A stretch of DNA of 26,372 bases from an uncultured Thermus sp. (GTDB taxonomy: Bacteria > Deinococcota > Deinococci > Deinococcales > Thermaceae), in NCBI GenBank assembly GCA_947085095.1, contig CAMTVD010000019.1:1-26372 (forward strand), given 5' to 3'. How positions within the stretch are numbered: the first letter of the stretch is position 1; each line of letters begins with the position of its first letter. The translations under genes were made by a program, and so were the position numbers. The notes under the pieces are model-generated. The model was given only the letters and a program-made list of their open reading frames with translations. It was not told where the DNA came from and did no database searches. Of the stretch, positions 1 to 10,122 are shown one piece after another.

Positions 1-67
1 GCAAAACCTCGGCCACCGTCTCCCGCACCGCTTCCCTCAGCAAGATTCGCAAGGTATCCTGGTCCAC
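1..67 (-). CDS. IS256-family transposase, N-terminal part (truncated by window edge)
   Basis: GTG at 67 with RBS GGAGG. Translation MDQDTLRILLREAVRETVAEVL resembles Thermus IS256-family transposase N-termini. Confidence 0.75.
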   Translation of the reverse strand, partial: MDQDTLRILLREAVRETVAEVL

Positions 68-140
68 GGGGCACCTCCTCGTGCTAAGGTGTGCCCCCCT
101 ATTAAACACGGACCCTTACACATAAATCCTTACACGACCC
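1..140 (-). mobile_element. Left end of an IS256-family insertion sequence (continues beyond window start)
   Basis: Minus strand reads GGGTCGTGTAAGGATTTATGTGTAAGGG (IR-like end at ~140), then RBS GGAGGT and a transposase-like N-terminus. It sits ~17 bp after the glycosyltransferase stop. Confidence 0.75.
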
Positions 141-157
141 CCCCAGAAGCGACACCT

Positions 158-1276
158 TCATTGCCCGCTCCCAAATAGTAGCGACAAGTATCCTTTTACC
201 ATGTTTTCCGCACTAAAACTCCCCGCCCTTAACCGGGCGGCATCAGCAAGGCGTATCCTTTTTTCTTCATTAGCTATCAGCCCTTTTATCGCCTCAACCC
301 ATTCCTCAATCGCATTCAGCGAAAGCAATATGCCCGCGTCCCTAACAACCTCTCTATGAGCATCTATGTCGCTCGCTATCACCGGAAGACCCATCATCAT
401 AGCTTCTACAAGAGCAAACCCAAAGGCCTCAAATCTTGACGGAAAAGCAAAAACATCTCCAGCTCTCAAAAAGTCGGGAACATCACTTGGTATCAATTCG
501 CCTAGAAAATAAACACTATCCTCAACTTGCCTTCTTCTCGCTAAAAGCTTCAGCTGTTCACGAAGTTCTCCATCCCCTGCGATTGCCAAAAAGACATCAT
601 CGTAACCGGTTGCTTTCAAGATGCTCAACACTTCAATCAACAGCGCTTGATTCTTTTGTTCGGCCAAACGTCCAACATTAACAATGCCAAAAGAGTCCAG
701 AGGTAGACTAAATTTCTCCCTCGCCTCCTCTTTGGTTAAGTTGGAATGTAAAGGCTCAATGCCATTCAAAACGACAAAACTTCTTTTAAGGTAGGCGTCT
801 GGGTAAGCTTTGAAAGACTTCTGCACGCTGCCAGAAACAAAAACGTTTGCCGTATATACTCCTATACTTCCCCAAATCAAATCAAGCCACCTAGCCAACC
901 AGGGGTAAGTATGGCTCGGATTTCGTTGGGTTGCCAACCGACGCTGTACACCGGCAAAGTAAGCTATTGCTTGGCCAATGACATTTGCATAGTGAGTGTA
1001 CGTAATAACACCTTCAGGAGAAAGCTCCTTCAGCCACTTGTGGAGGGTTCTAATAATCCGAATGACATCACGCGGACCCTTTGGGGGCCTATCTAACACG
1101 CACCTTACAAATGGCAGTTGGTTGTACGTGGGCCTTTTCTTATAAAGAAACCAGACTTCGGAGTCAAAGCCCAACTCCCTCAACTTTTGTGTTACCATTA
1201 CGGCGGCCCGCTGTGCGCCCCCACCTTCCATCTGCGTCACTATATTGACAATGGTATTTTTTGATGCTAATCCCAT
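158..1276 (-). CDS. Glycosyltransferase family 4 (GT-B)
   Basis: GGAQR N-terminal motif, VGRLAEQKN, and PSRFEAFGFALVEAM (EX7E). Start set at ATG 1276 because the upstream extension of the ORF is IS remnant sequence. Confidence 0.9.
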   Translation of the reverse strand: MGLASKNTIVNIVTQMEGGGAQRAAVMVTQKLRELGFDSEVWFLYKKRPTYNQLPFVRCVLDRPPKGPRDVIRIIRTLHKWLKELSPEGVITYTHYANVIGQAIAYFAGVQRRLATQRNPSHTYPWLARWLDLIWGSIGVYTANVFVSGSVQKSFKAYPDAYLKRSFVVLNGIEPLHSNLTKEEAREKFSLPLDSFGIVNVGRLAEQKNQALLIEVLSILKATGYDDVFLAIAGDGELREQLKLLARRRQVEDSVYFLGELIPSDVPDFLRAGDVFAFPSRFEAFGFALVEAMMMGLPVIASDIDAHREVVRDAGILLSLNAIEEWVEAIKGLIANEEKRIRLADAARLRAGSFSAENMVKGYLSLLFGSGQ

Positions 1277-1288
1277 CCTATACCCCCT

Positions 1289-1527
1289 GGTCAAGTCGCG
1301 ATTTTTGTAGGTTTTTCTTCTGCGGCCCAAAGCAGGCCCATGTCCAGGTAACGCCTGAAAGCCCAGTCCTCTGTGGCCCTCGGCATCCCCACCTTCCAAC
1401 ACCTGCCCGATGACAGCCTTGACCCCTTCCCGGATGTGCTGGCTGATCGCTATCCTTGGTTAACCTCTTGAGCTCCCCTCGGCCCATTTGGCCCCCCATG
1501 CTTAACCCACAAAAATGCGCGACACTA
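1289..1527 (-). mobile_element. Internally deleted IS256-family remnant (MITE-like)
   Basis: Imperfect terminal IRs GTCGCG-ATTTTTGTAGGTT (1295-1313) and AACCCACAAAAATGCGCGAC (1504-1523). Internal minus-strand fragments IREGVKAVIGQVLE (N-term-like) and EDWAFRRYLDMGLLWAAEEKPTKIAT* (IS256 C-term-like). Confidence 0.7.
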
Positions 1528-2814
1528 ACGGCTTCTCCCATTACCCTTGGCTTCCGACCAGGCAAACCATCGCAAGTACATCTGCGCAAGCAAAAGCCAA
1601 AGTAAGTTGTTAGACCGAACAAACCCACTCTCCGCGAAGTTATACATAAAGAAAAACGCCCACACGACTAGCCAAAAAAGCGGCTCCGGCGCGCCTGTCC
1701 GCATGTAAGCCCGCCACCAGTAGCCCAAGGTCCCCCAAAGAAGGAGCAAGCCCAGTCCGAAACCCACCAGCCCCAAATCTAACCACAGGTCCAAGTATCC
1801 GTTATGGGAGTGTGGAACGCTCCAACCAGCTAAGGCGGAAACAGCAAGCCCATGAGTTTCCTCTAGCCAAAAGCCCCCGTACCCATACCCCAATAAGGGA
1901 CGCTCCTGGATATAGCCCCACACAATCTCCCAAAGAGGCACCCTTCCCGTTAACGTTAGGTCCCGCCCAGTAAGCTGGACAATTGTCTCCAGGTTGGCCA
2001 CCAGGCTTACGCCTGCCCCACCCACCAAGAGCACCAAGGCAGCCAAGTAAGCAGGCCAAACCCGCCGCAACCGCCAGGCCAGACCAAGGGTTCCTATCCA
2101 GAGAATTGCGACCAGGAAAAGTATCTGCGCCGTGCGAGATTCACTCGCGTAAAGAAGAAATAGTGCCAGGAAAAGACCTGCTCCCCAAAATATGCGATGC
2201 CTACCCCAAAGGAGCAACCAGAAAAACACTAAAGCCCCCAGCAACGCAACCCTGCCCAACATGTTCTTCTGGGCGAACACGCCCACCCACGGCTCTCCTC
2301 TAAGCTCAGGGGCCCGACCCAGTTCAGGCAAAGCAAACCCGACAAGAAAGCTTGCTCCTAAGGATACCAAAAACACCCACGCAAAAAGAGAAAGAAGCTC
2401 CCAAAAATTCAGGCGTACAACCAGGACCACCGCGGCCAAAGTGCCCAGGATCACGGCAACTGCCCGCCTAAAAGAGACGTCCGGTGCTTCAGACCAAGCC
2501 ATAGAGGCCAAAGTCCATGCGAGGAGAAAAACCAGAAGAGGGGCGCGTAGAAACAACCGGACCACCTTGGGGAGTGAACCCATCCCCCATGATATTGCTA
2601 GCAGATAAGCCCCCAAAAGCAGAAAACGGGTAATAGGGTCCCCCTCCGCTGAGGCCAGCCCCAAAGCCTCAGGACCTTCTCTTAGACGTGCCCACATGCC
2701 AAGAAAGGCATTGGTGAGCAAGGTGAATAGAACAAAGTAAATGGCGTATTCTAACCAGCGAGAAACACTCTTCCTTTGCGGGTAGCGTTGAACCATCACT
2801 ATCCTGTCCCACAT
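1525..2814 (-). CDS. O-antigen polymerase/ligase family membrane protein (Wzy_C, ExoQ-like)
   Basis: Many TM segments, GVFAQKNMLG, SRTA, LTLTGRVPLW, RPLLGYG and HSHNGYLD motifs. The start could be 2796-2799. Confidence 0.85.
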   Translation of the reverse strand: MWDRIVMVQRYPQRKSVSRWLEYAIYFVLFTLLTNAFLGMWARLREGPEALGLASAEGDPITRFLLLGAYLLAISWGMGSLPKVVRLFLRAPLLVFLLAWTLASMAWSEAPDVSFRRAVAVILGTLAAVVLVVRLNFWELLSLFAWVFLVSLGASFLVGFALPELGRAPELRGEPWVGVFAQKNMLGRVALLGALVFFWLLLWGRHRIFWGAGLFLALFLLYASESRTAQILFLVAILWIGTLGLAWRLRRVWPAYLAALVLLVGGAGVSLVANLETIVQLTGRDLTLTGRVPLWEIVWGYIQERPLLGYGYGGFWLEETHGLAVSALAGWSVPHSHNGYLDLWLDLGLVGFGLGLLLLWGTLGYWWRAYMRTGAPEPLFWLVVWAFFFMYNFAESGFVRSNNLLWLLLAQMYLRWFAWSEAKGNGRSR

Positions 2815-3980
2815 TCGCCACGAACTACCTGGTCGTAAAGATGCTCTAGCTCTGCCGCTCTTTTCTTTATGTCAAAGAATCTTTCCGCCCGCTCACGTGC
2901 CTTCAGGCCCATCTCCGCTCGAAGGGTGGGGTTTTCCAAAAGAAGGCGAATGTGCCCTGCCAGGCTCGCCACGTCCTTTTGCGCTGACAAAAAGCCTGTC
3001 TGTCCATGCTCCACAACCTCCGGCACCCCTCCCACAGCGAACGCCACCACGGGGACCCCAGAGGCTTGGGCTTCAGCGTACACCATGCCAAAAGCTTCCG
3101 TTGTACCATCAGGCATCTCTATGGATGGGAGGGAAAAGATGTAGGCCTTGCGCATCTCTTGAGCCACCACTTCCAAGGGTTGGGCTCCCATAAACTCTAT
3201 CTGCTCGCCAAGGAGCCTTTTGCCCAACGTCTCATACTTAAACCTTTCAGGCCCGTCACCGATAACTACCAACTTGATCATAGGATAGTTAGGTCTCAGA
3301 TAGGCCAGCGCTTCCATGATGTACGGCAAGCCTTTCAGTTCAATCAAACGTCCCACATAGAGGACCCGCCCAAACTCTACCTGCTCTAATCTGGGATAAA
3401 ACCTGCTTAGGTCCACTCCATGCGGTAGAAGCACCATTTTTTCCTCTGGGAAACCCCTCTCTAAAGCCTTCCTCCAGAGGAACATGGAAGGAACGAGAAA
3501 CTTTGCCGCTTCCTTAAAGAGGCGCTTTTTACGCAAAACATAAAGCCGATGCCCCCACCAAGAGCGCCTAAGGGCAACCCTTTCATCCAGGGTAATATCG
3601 GTACCCAAAAGGCTAACGATAAGAGGCACCCGCAGATAGCGGGCTACCGGAATAGCCAAAACACCATCCGGAGCAAAGTGCGCATGCACTAGCCTGGGCG
3701 CCACTCTGTCAAGCCAGACCTTGGCATCTTGGGGAAGTATCCCCGCCAGCTTAAAACCCACCTCTCGCCAAAAAGCGCCACTCTGAGGATTCCGGACACC
3801 GCTTGGATTAACTACGAACGTCTTTTCCGAAGGAAGGGCAATTCCCTTTTGCGTCAAGGTGCTTCCGAAGAAGTAAGCGTCATGGCGCTCAAAGCGTGCC
3901 GCAGGCTCGGAAACAAAAGTTTCGGAAATGGGTAAAAGCTTATCGCGGTAGACCAAAACTGGTACCCTATGCATGCTCAC
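2799..3980 (-). CDS. Glycosyltransferase family 4 (WcaL-like)
   Basis: LPISETF, HAHF, VGRLIELKG, EAFGMVYAEAQASGVPVV motifs. Confidence 0.9.
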   Translation of the reverse strand: MSMHRVPVLVYRDKLLPISETFVSEPAARFERHDAYFFGSTLTQKGIALPSEKTFVVNPSGVRNPQSGAFWREVGFKLAGILPQDAKVWLDRVAPRLVHAHFAPDGVLAIPVARYLRVPLIVSLLGTDITLDERVALRRSWWGHRLYVLRKKRLFKEAAKFLVPSMFLWRKALERGFPEEKMVLLPHGVDLSRFYPRLEQVEFGRVLYVGRLIELKGLPYIMEALAYLRPNYPMIKLVVIGDGPERFKYETLGKRLLGEQIEFMGAQPLEVVAQEMRKAYIFSLPSIEMPDGTTEAFGMVYAEAQASGVPVVAFAVGGVPEVVEHGQTGFLSAQKDVASLAGHIRLLLENPTLRAEMGLKARERAERFFDIKKRAAELEHLYDQVVRGECGTG

Positions 3981-3993
3981 CCCTCTTCCAACC

Positions 3994-5037
3994 TTAGTTT
4001 CCCCAAAACCTCTTCAATATCGGCGGTCTAGTGGACGGGTAAAGGCTCCAAATCAACAACCTTCTTGCCACCTTCCTAGGCAAAGCTCCTGCGAGAACAA
4101 ACATCAGGGCTCGACGCAAACGCAAGACCCAGGGCAAAAACGGCCAGGTTAGAGCGGCCCATAGGCCTTTAAAAGCAAGCTTTGGTCGGCTCTCAGAAAA
4201 ACCTGCCTCTTGCGCGTAAGTAGGCGCATTTATCTTTAAAAAGATCCCCAGTTTGTATGAATACTGGAACCCAAAGGGAAACTTGGGAATTTGGCCATGC
4301 TTCGCCGACCAACGAAGAATGAGGTCCCTCTGGTTTTTAAAAATCAAGGATTTTGTCCGCACTTTTTCTATATCAACTACATCGGTGTTCCAATTGTTAT
4401 TACCATGGATTCTGTAAAGACTTAAACTGCGATTTAGCGATATCACATAGCCCATAAGGCCCGCCATCGTGTTCAGGTAGCTATCAGCCGCTATCCTCCA
4501 TAGACGCTCTGGTATCGGCAAAACATCCATCAGAAACCTTCGCGCAAACAAATTACCACTAGTCGGAGGCGCAGGGTAATCTCGCCAGGTAAGAAGTGCA
4601 TTTTTAAAATCCCCAGAGGGAAAAGCTACGTGAGCCTCGGGCCGCAACCTGCCCTCAGGCTGTAGCTTTTCGTTCACTAACTGCATGCGCCATTGAACTT
4701 TAGTAGCACCCTCTCTCCAGGCCGCCAGGGCCTCCTCCACACAGGTGGGCAATATCACATCGTCAGCGTCTAAAAACAGGATAAAATCACCTCTAGAAGC
4801 GGCAAAGCCTGCGTTGAAGGCGGATGCCTGACCGCCGTTTTGTTTCAGGACGGGGATAACCTTACCCGCACGCGCGTATTCCTCAATAATGCTCCTAGAC
4901 TCATCCGTAGAGCCATCGTCTACCACGATGACTTCAATAAGAGGATAGGTTTGACGCAGGGCGCTCTCAATGGCATCTCGCAGGAAGCGCTCGTAGTTAT
5001 AGTTGTTAATAATGATACTGACTAGGGGCCTATCCAT
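3994..5037 (-). CDS. Glycosyltransferase family 2
   Basis: VSIIINNYNY, VVDDGSTD, NGGQASAFN, FLDADD. Start at ATG 5037 with RBS GGAGG. Confidence 0.9.
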   Translation of the reverse strand: MDRPLVSIIINNYNYERFLRDAIESALRQTYPLIEVIVVDDGSTDESRSIIEEYARAGKVIPVLKQNGGQASAFNAGFAASRGDFILFLDADDVILPTCVEEALAAWREGATKVQWRMQLVNEKLQPEGRLRPEAHVAFPSGDFKNALLTWRDYPAPPTSGNLFARRFLMDVLPIPERLWRIAADSYLNTMAGLMGYVISLNRSLSLYRIHGNNNWNTDVVDIEKVRTKSLIFKNQRDLILRWSAKHGQIPKFPFGFQYSYKLGIFLKINAPTYAQEAGFSESRPKLAFKGLWAALTWPFLPWVLRLRRALMFVLAGALPRKVARRLLIWSLYPSTRPPILKRFWGN

Positions 5038-5047
5038 GCCTTCCTCC

Positions 5048-6427
5048 CTATCCACGCCTTCCTCCGAGGATTTTCGCATATAAAGCGATCGTCCGCCAAG
5101 TACCCGGGCTGATCAACCAAAGAACAAGGGGCAGGAAAGCCCAGACCCCCAGAAACTGCCAAAATAAGGGTGATCCGAAGGCCAAAACAATCCATAGCAC
5201 CGCTTTGTAATCCAATTCCCCAAGTACACTAGTAAAGTAGCGATGGATAACAACATAGCTTGCTAAAGCCGCCAGCTCCGCTAGGCCATAGCCAACAAAG
5301 CCGAGTCTCCCAACAAACCACCAAGCCGCTGGAAAGAAAATTGCCACATGCGCAAAATGGAATACTGTTACTTGCCAGTTATACCTTAATACGTAAAGTG
5401 CAGAAGAGTGAAGGCTAAAAACCCCATTTACCAAATAGGCTAAGGCAATAAAGGGGTAAACCAAGAGGGCTTCGGACCACGCCTCTCCCAACAAGCGGGG
5501 AACCAGCCAAGGTCCCAGCCAAGCAAAAGCTAAAAGAAAAGGTCCCAGAGCCAATACTTGAAGGTACATACCTTCTTCCACAGCGTAACGCAAGCGCGAG
5601 CTTTCTTGTTGAATACGGGCAAGAGCGGAAATGGACACTCGCCATGTGGCGCTTCTGACGAACGAAAGGGCCTCAACTAGGCGAACAGCTAAGGCCACAT
5701 ATCCCGCTCCCTGGGGACCAGCCAGAGGAGCCACCACCAGTGGCAGGGCCAGAATCCGGATCTGCCAAACCCACAAAGAAGCCGAAAAACCCATGCCATA
5801 CTCCAGCATGGCTCGGACTCTCTCCCGATGCCATCTGGGCCGCAGAGGTATCGCGGCGAAGCGAGCATAGAGTAGTGTCACAACCCCTTGACTCACCAGC
5901 CATCCAAAACTAGGAGCCCAATATCCCCACCCTTGCCAAGCAAGGGGCACAGCAACCAGCAAATAGGACAAAGACCCTGCCAGCTCAGCTACCGCCACAC
6001 GCGCAAAGTCCAGAGTACGCTCAAGTTTGGCCAAGAAAACCTGCCCTATGAGAAAAACGGGTAACCCCAAAAGAAGAACCGCTGTAACCCAATCCAAGCC
6101 ACTAATTTTTGTATACAGTTGTAGCGCTTCCCCGATAGGAAAGGCTAACACTAGAAGGGCCAAGCCTATACAACCATACAACGCCAACGCAGCTTGGTAA
6201 TCCTTTTCATCTAAATCCGGTAAGCGAACGAGATAAACATTTACCCCTAGCGAGGCAATTTGAAAGACAAAACTGACTAAACCCAACGCAGAAGCATAAA
6301 CCCCGTAAGCTGAAGGACCGATAATTTTTGTAACTAGGAAGAGGGCCGCAAGGCTAAGCACTAATCCAAGCCCTTGACGGGTAATCAGGAAAGCCCCACC
6401 GCGTAGGACCTGTTCTCGCAGGCTCAT
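5048..6427 (-). CDS. wzx: Oligosaccharide flippase (Wzx/PST family)
   Basis: 459 aa, ~12 TM segments, N-terminal LRGGAFL..Q and GPSAYGVYA typical of PST exporters, polysaccharide operon context. Confidence 0.85.
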   Translation of the reverse strand: MSLREQVLRGGAFLITRQGLGLVLSLAALFLVTKIIGPSAYGVYASALGLVSFVFQIASLGVNVYLVRLPDLDEKDYQAALALYGCIGLALLVLAFPIGEALQLYTKISGLDWVTAVLLLGLPVFLIGQVFLAKLERTLDFARVAVAELAGSLSYLLVAVPLAWQGWGYWAPSFGWLVSQGVVTLLYARFAAIPLRPRWHRERVRAMLEYGMGFSASLWVWQIRILALPLVVAPLAGPQGAGYVALAVRLVEALSFVRSATWRVSISALARIQQESSRLRYAVEEGMYLQVLALGPFLLAFAWLGPWLVPRLLGEAWSEALLVYPFIALAYLVNGVFSLHSSALYVLRYNWQVTVFHFAHVAIFFPAAWWFVGRLGFVGYGLAELAALASYVVIHRYFTSVLGELDYKAVLWIVLAFGSPLFWQFLGVWAFLPLVLWLISPGTWRTIALYAKILGGRRG

Positions 6428-7359
6428 GGGTTCAGGAGTTCCTTAAAGTACGCAATGGTACGCGAAAGCCCCTCCCGCACCGGGACCTTGGGCTCCCAGC
6501 CCAGGAGCTTCCGGGCCAGGGTGATATCGGGCCGCCGCTGCTTGGGGTCGTCCTCCGGCAGGGGCAGGAAGGTGATGGACGAGGGGCTTCCCGTGAGCTC
6601 CTTCACCAGCTGGGCCAGGTCCAGGACCCGGTACTCCTCGGGGTTTCCCAGGTTCACCGGGTAGGGGTAGTCCACCCCCATGAGCCGCCTTATCCCCTCT
6701 ATGAGGTCGTCCACATAGCAGAAGGAACGGGTCTGGCTCCCGTCGCCAAACACCGTGAGGGGCTCTCCCCTAAGAGCCTGGACGATAAAGCTGGACACCA
6801 CCCGCCCGTCCTCCGGGTCCATGGCGGGACCATAGGTATTGAAGATACGCACAATCCGCACCGGAACCCCGTAAGCCCGGTGGTAGGCCAGGGTGAGGGC
6901 CTCGGCGTAGCGCTTGCCCTCGTCGTAGATGCTCCTGGGGCCTATGGGGTTCACGTTGCCCCAGTACGTCTCGGGCTGAGGGTGGACGAGGGGATCGCCG
7001 TAGACCTCGCTGGTGGAGGCCAGGAAGAAGGCCGCCCCCTTGGCCCGGGCCAGGTCCAAAAGGTGCCGGGTCCCCTCGGCGTTTACCAGGAGGGTTTCCA
7101 CGGGTAGCTTTAGATAGCGAGGTGGGGAGGCGGGGGAGGCGAAATGGAGTACCCAGTCCAGGGGGCCCTCCACCTGAAGGGACCGGGTCACGTCTGCCTG
7201 GAGGAAGTGGAAACCCGGATGGGCCAGAAGGTGGTCCAGGTTCCGTTTCTGTCCCGTGGAGAGGTTGTCCACCCCCAGGACCTCATGGCCTTCTTTCAGG
7301 AGCCTCTCTGCCAAGTGGCTCCCCAGAAAACCCGCCGCGCCCGTGAGGAGTACCCGCAT
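6424..7359 (-). CDS. UDP-glucuronic acid decarboxylase (UDP-xylose synthase) family SDR
   Basis: [52 protein letters not shown]. Confidence 0.92.
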   Translation of the reverse strand: MRVLLTGAAGFLGSHLAERLLKEGHEVLGVDNLSTGQKRNLDHLLAHPGFHFLQADVTRSLQVEGPLDWVLHFASPASPPRYLKLPVETLLVNAEGTRHLLDLARAKGAAFFLASTSEVYGDPLVHPQPETYWGNVNPIGPRSIYDEGKRYAEALTLAYHRAYGVPVRIVRIFNTYGPAMDPEDGRVVSSFIVQALRGEPLTVFGDGSQTRSFCYVDDLIEGIRRLMGVDYPYPVNLGNPEEYRVLDLAQLVKELTGSPSSITFLPLPEDDPKQRRPDITLARKLLGWEPKVPVREGLSRTIAYFKELLNP

Positions 7360-8753
7360 CAGACCCCCACCCTTTCCAGGATGCCCAAGGAGGGCACCCC
7401 CATCCCCAGGTAGCGGTAACCCAAGGCCGCCAGGGCCTTCCCGTCCAGGAAGTTCCGCCCGTCCACCACCAAGGGGGTATGCATCAGGGGCTTTAGATCG
7501 GCCCAGGGCCAGGTGCGGTACTCCGGCCAGTCCGTGGCCAGGACCACGGCGTCCACCCCCCGGAGGAGGTCCCCGGGCGTTTCGGCGTACTCCAGGGAAA
7601 GGGCCACCTCCCGCTTTGCCCTGGGAAGGGCCACGGGGTCGTGGGCCCGCACGAAAGCCCCCCGGTCAAGGAGGCGCTTCGCCAACTCCAGGGCGGGGCT
7701 TTCCCTGAGGTCATCCGTGTGGGGCTTGAAGGCGAGGCCCAGGAGGGCGATGGTCCTACCCTTTAGGGTCTTAAGCTCGGAGAGGAGCTTCTCCAAAACC
7801 CACTCCCGCTGCCCGTCGTTCACCCTCCGGGCCGCCTCGGTGATGGGAAGCGAAAGGCCGTACTCCCGCCCCATGGCCAGGAGGGCGGCCGTGTCCTTGG
7901 GAAAGCAGCTCCCCCCCCAGCCCAAGCCCGCCCCCAGGAAGCGGGGGCCGATGCGGCTGTCCAGGGCGATGCCCCGGGCCACCTCCCGGATGTCCGCCCC
8001 CACCTTCTCCGCCAGGCGGGCAAGCTCGTTGATAAAGCTGATCTTTAGCGCCAGGAAGGCGTTGGCCCCGTACTTGATGACCTCCGCCGAGGCCAGGTCC
8101 GTGGTGATGAAGGGCACCGCCCCCATGCGCTCGGGCCGGGGGAGGAAGGGGAGCGGGGTAAAGCTCTGCTCCAGGATGGGTTCATAGAGCTCCCGCAACA
8201 CCTCAATGGCCCGCCGGTCCTCCGCCCCCACCACGATCCGGTCCGGATAAAGGCTGTCGTAAAGGGCCTGGCCCTCCCGAAGGAACTCCGGGTTGGAGGC
8301 CACGGCGAAGCGCCCATTGAGCTCCCCCCCACGGGCCTCTTGGAAGGCCCGCCGCACCAAGGCTTCCACGTAGTTGCCGCTTCCCACAGGCACCGTGGAC
8401 TTGTTGACCACCACGGTGAACCCCTCGCCCAGATACCTACCAACGGCCTCCGCCGCACCCCGCACCTGGGAAAGGTCAGGGGACCCATCGGGCAGGGAAG
8501 GGGTCCCCACGGCGATGAAGACCACCTGGGCTTCAGGGATGCCCTCCTCCGGATGGGTGGTGAAGCGAAGCCGGGGCCCAGCAAGGGCCATCAACTCCTT
8601 CAGGTAAGGCTCAAAGAAGGGCAGCTCCCCCCGCCGCAAAGCCGCCACCTTGGCCTCGTCCACGTCCACCCCCACCACCTCGTGCCCCAGATAGGCCAGG
8701 CTGACCGCGGTGGTGAGGCCCACATAACCGGTACCTAGAACCGCTACCCTCAT
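7359..8753 (-). CDS. ugd: UDP-glucose 6-dehydrogenase
   Basis: [31 protein letters not shown] (catalytic Cys), [11 protein letters not shown]. Confidence 0.95.
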   Translation of the reverse strand: MRVAVLGTGYVGLTTAVSLAYLGHEVVGVDVDEAKVAALRRGELPFFEPYLKELMALAGPRLRFTTHPEEGIPEAQVVFIAVGTPSLPDGSPDLSQVRGAAEAVGRYLGEGFTVVVNKSTVPVGSGNYVEALVRRAFQEARGGELNGRFAVASNPEFLREGQALYDSLYPDRIVVGAEDRRAIEVLRELYEPILEQSFTPLPFLPRPERMGAVPFITTDLASAEVIKYGANAFLALKISFINELARLAEKVGADIREVARGIALDSRIGPRFLGAGLGWGGSCFPKDTAALLAMGREYGLSLPITEAARRVNDGQREWVLEKLLSELKTLKGRTIALLGLAFKPHTDDLRESPALELAKRLLDRGAFVRAHDPVALPRAKREVALSLEYAETPGDLLRGVDAVVLATDWPEYRTWPWADLKPLMHTPLVVDGRNFLDGKALAALGYRYLGMGVPSLGILERVGV

Positions 8754-8804
8754 ACCATCCCCCTTGTAACAGGCAACCCATGAACTCTGCCTGAACGCTC
8801 AAAT

Positions 8805-8963
8805 GGCCTCCTCCAGGAAACAAGACCCGAAGCCGCTCACCTGTGGCCTGGAGCAGGCTCTGCTCGCCAAAAGGCTCCAAGAAGGGCTTCGGCCTTTCCG
8901 GGGTAGAAAGAGGCCCAAACGCTCCCCTTGTCCTCCAGCAAGCATAACCGCGTACGCTTTCAT
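8805..8963 (-). pseudogene. Mannose-1-phosphate guanylyltransferase (manC-like) N-terminal relic with frameshift
   Basis: MKAYAVMLAGGQGERL, then restoring one T at ~8915 gives WPLSTPERPKPFLEPFGEQSLLQATGERL, the classic ManC N-terminal motif. The rest of the gene is missing. Confidence 0.85.
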
Positions 8964-9011
8964 GGCCAGTTCCTGGGGCACCCAGGCAAAGCCCGGGGCA
9001 TCGGGAGCACT

Positions 9012-10121
9012 TTACCTCAAAGCCCGGATGCCTAGTGCCAAAAATGCCAAATTGGCCCCCCAGGCCCCAAGCTCCGGCGGGATCACCCCCACCCCCGCCA
9101 GGGAACGGCCCAGGAAGAAGGCCCCGTAGTAAAAGAGGGCCAGGACCACGCTGAGGCCCAGGGCAAGGCCGGTGCTCCGCCCGTAGCGCAGGGCCATGGC
9201 CGCCGAAAGGAGGACCAGGACCAGGTTGGCCAGGGGCAGGGCCAGCTTGGAGTGGAACTCCAGCTTCGCCCGGTCCCGCTCCAGGGGGGGCAGAAAGGGG
9301 TCCATGGCCTTCCGCCAGGCCTGGGAGAGGCTGTTCTGGCCGAAGCTGAAGGTGTCGGCGTAATCGGCGATGGCCCGGGCTCGGGAGAGGTCGGACTCCA
9401 CCTCCAAGACCTCCCCCCGGCTCACCGCCCGGAAGACCCGGCGCACCTGGGGGAGGAGGTCCTTGGCCCCTTCCAGCCCCCCCACCTCGCCGAAGTCCAC
9501 CCGGTAGAAGCGGTAGCCCTTGAGGGTGATCAGCTTGTCCTCCCAGGTGCCCCGCTCGGCGAAGAGGAAGGTCCCCACCTCCCCCTGGAAGGAGGCGATG
9601 CGCACCCCCACCATCTCCCTTTTGGCCATGTCAAAGTCCTCAAAGTAGAGGCTTCTCCCCTGGCCGATGGGGATCTGCATCCCCTTGAGGCGGAAAAGCC
9701 CCGCCCCCTGGGTGTGGATCTCGTCCCACCAGGCCACCCGCACCCGGTTGTTGGCCTCGGGGACCACGTACTCCTGGAGGTAGAGGGCGGCCCCGGAGAG
9801 GAGGGCCCCAGACCAGAGAAGGGGCAAGGCCGCCCGCCACAAGGGAATGCCCCCAGAGAGGAGGGCGAACTGGGCCCCCTCGGCCGCCAGGCGGCCGAAG
9901 ACCAGGACGGTGGTGGTCACCAGGGCGATGGGGAAGGCCTGCACCAGGACCCCAGGGATGTGGAAGGAAAGCCAGCGGAGAATCTTAGGGATGGGCACCC
10001 CCTCCAGCCACCTCGCCCCGGCGTAGAAGAAGCCAAAGAGGAAAAGAGCGGTTAAAAAAACCAGGGTCAAGAGCAAGACGGGAGCGCTCTCCCGCAGGAT
10101 ATGCCGGTAGAGAACCCCCAT
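9012..10121 (-). CDS. LptF/LptG family permease
   Basis: Three N-terminal TMs, FGRLAAEG...SGGIPLWR, periplasmic domain with AERGTW, EFHSKLALP, three C-terminal TMs, PPELGAWGAN. Start at ATG 10121. Confidence 0.9.
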   Translation of the reverse strand: MGVLYRHILRESAPVLLLTLVFLTALFLFGFFYAGARWLEGVPIPKILRWLSFHIPGVLVQAFPIALVTTTVLVFGRLAAEGAQFALLSGGIPLWRAALPLLWSGALLSGAALYLQEYVVPEANNRVRVAWWDEIHTQGAGLFRLKGMQIPIGQGRSLYFEDFDMAKREMVGVRIASFQGEVGTFLFAERGTWEDKLITLKGYRFYRVDFGEVGGLEGAKDLLPQVRRVFRAVSRGEVLEVESDLSRARAIADYADTFSFGQNSLSQAWRKAMDPFLPPLERDRAKLEFHSKLALPLANLVLVLLSAAMALRYGRSTGLALGLSVVLALFYYGAFFLGRSLAGVGVIPPELGAWGANLAFLALGIRALR

Positions 10122-10122
10122 C

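Noticed and set aside
1277..1402. N-terminal extension of the GT4 ORF and the 116-aa ORF 1278-1628
   Set aside because: They are read through IS remnant DNA and overlap the polymerase gene.
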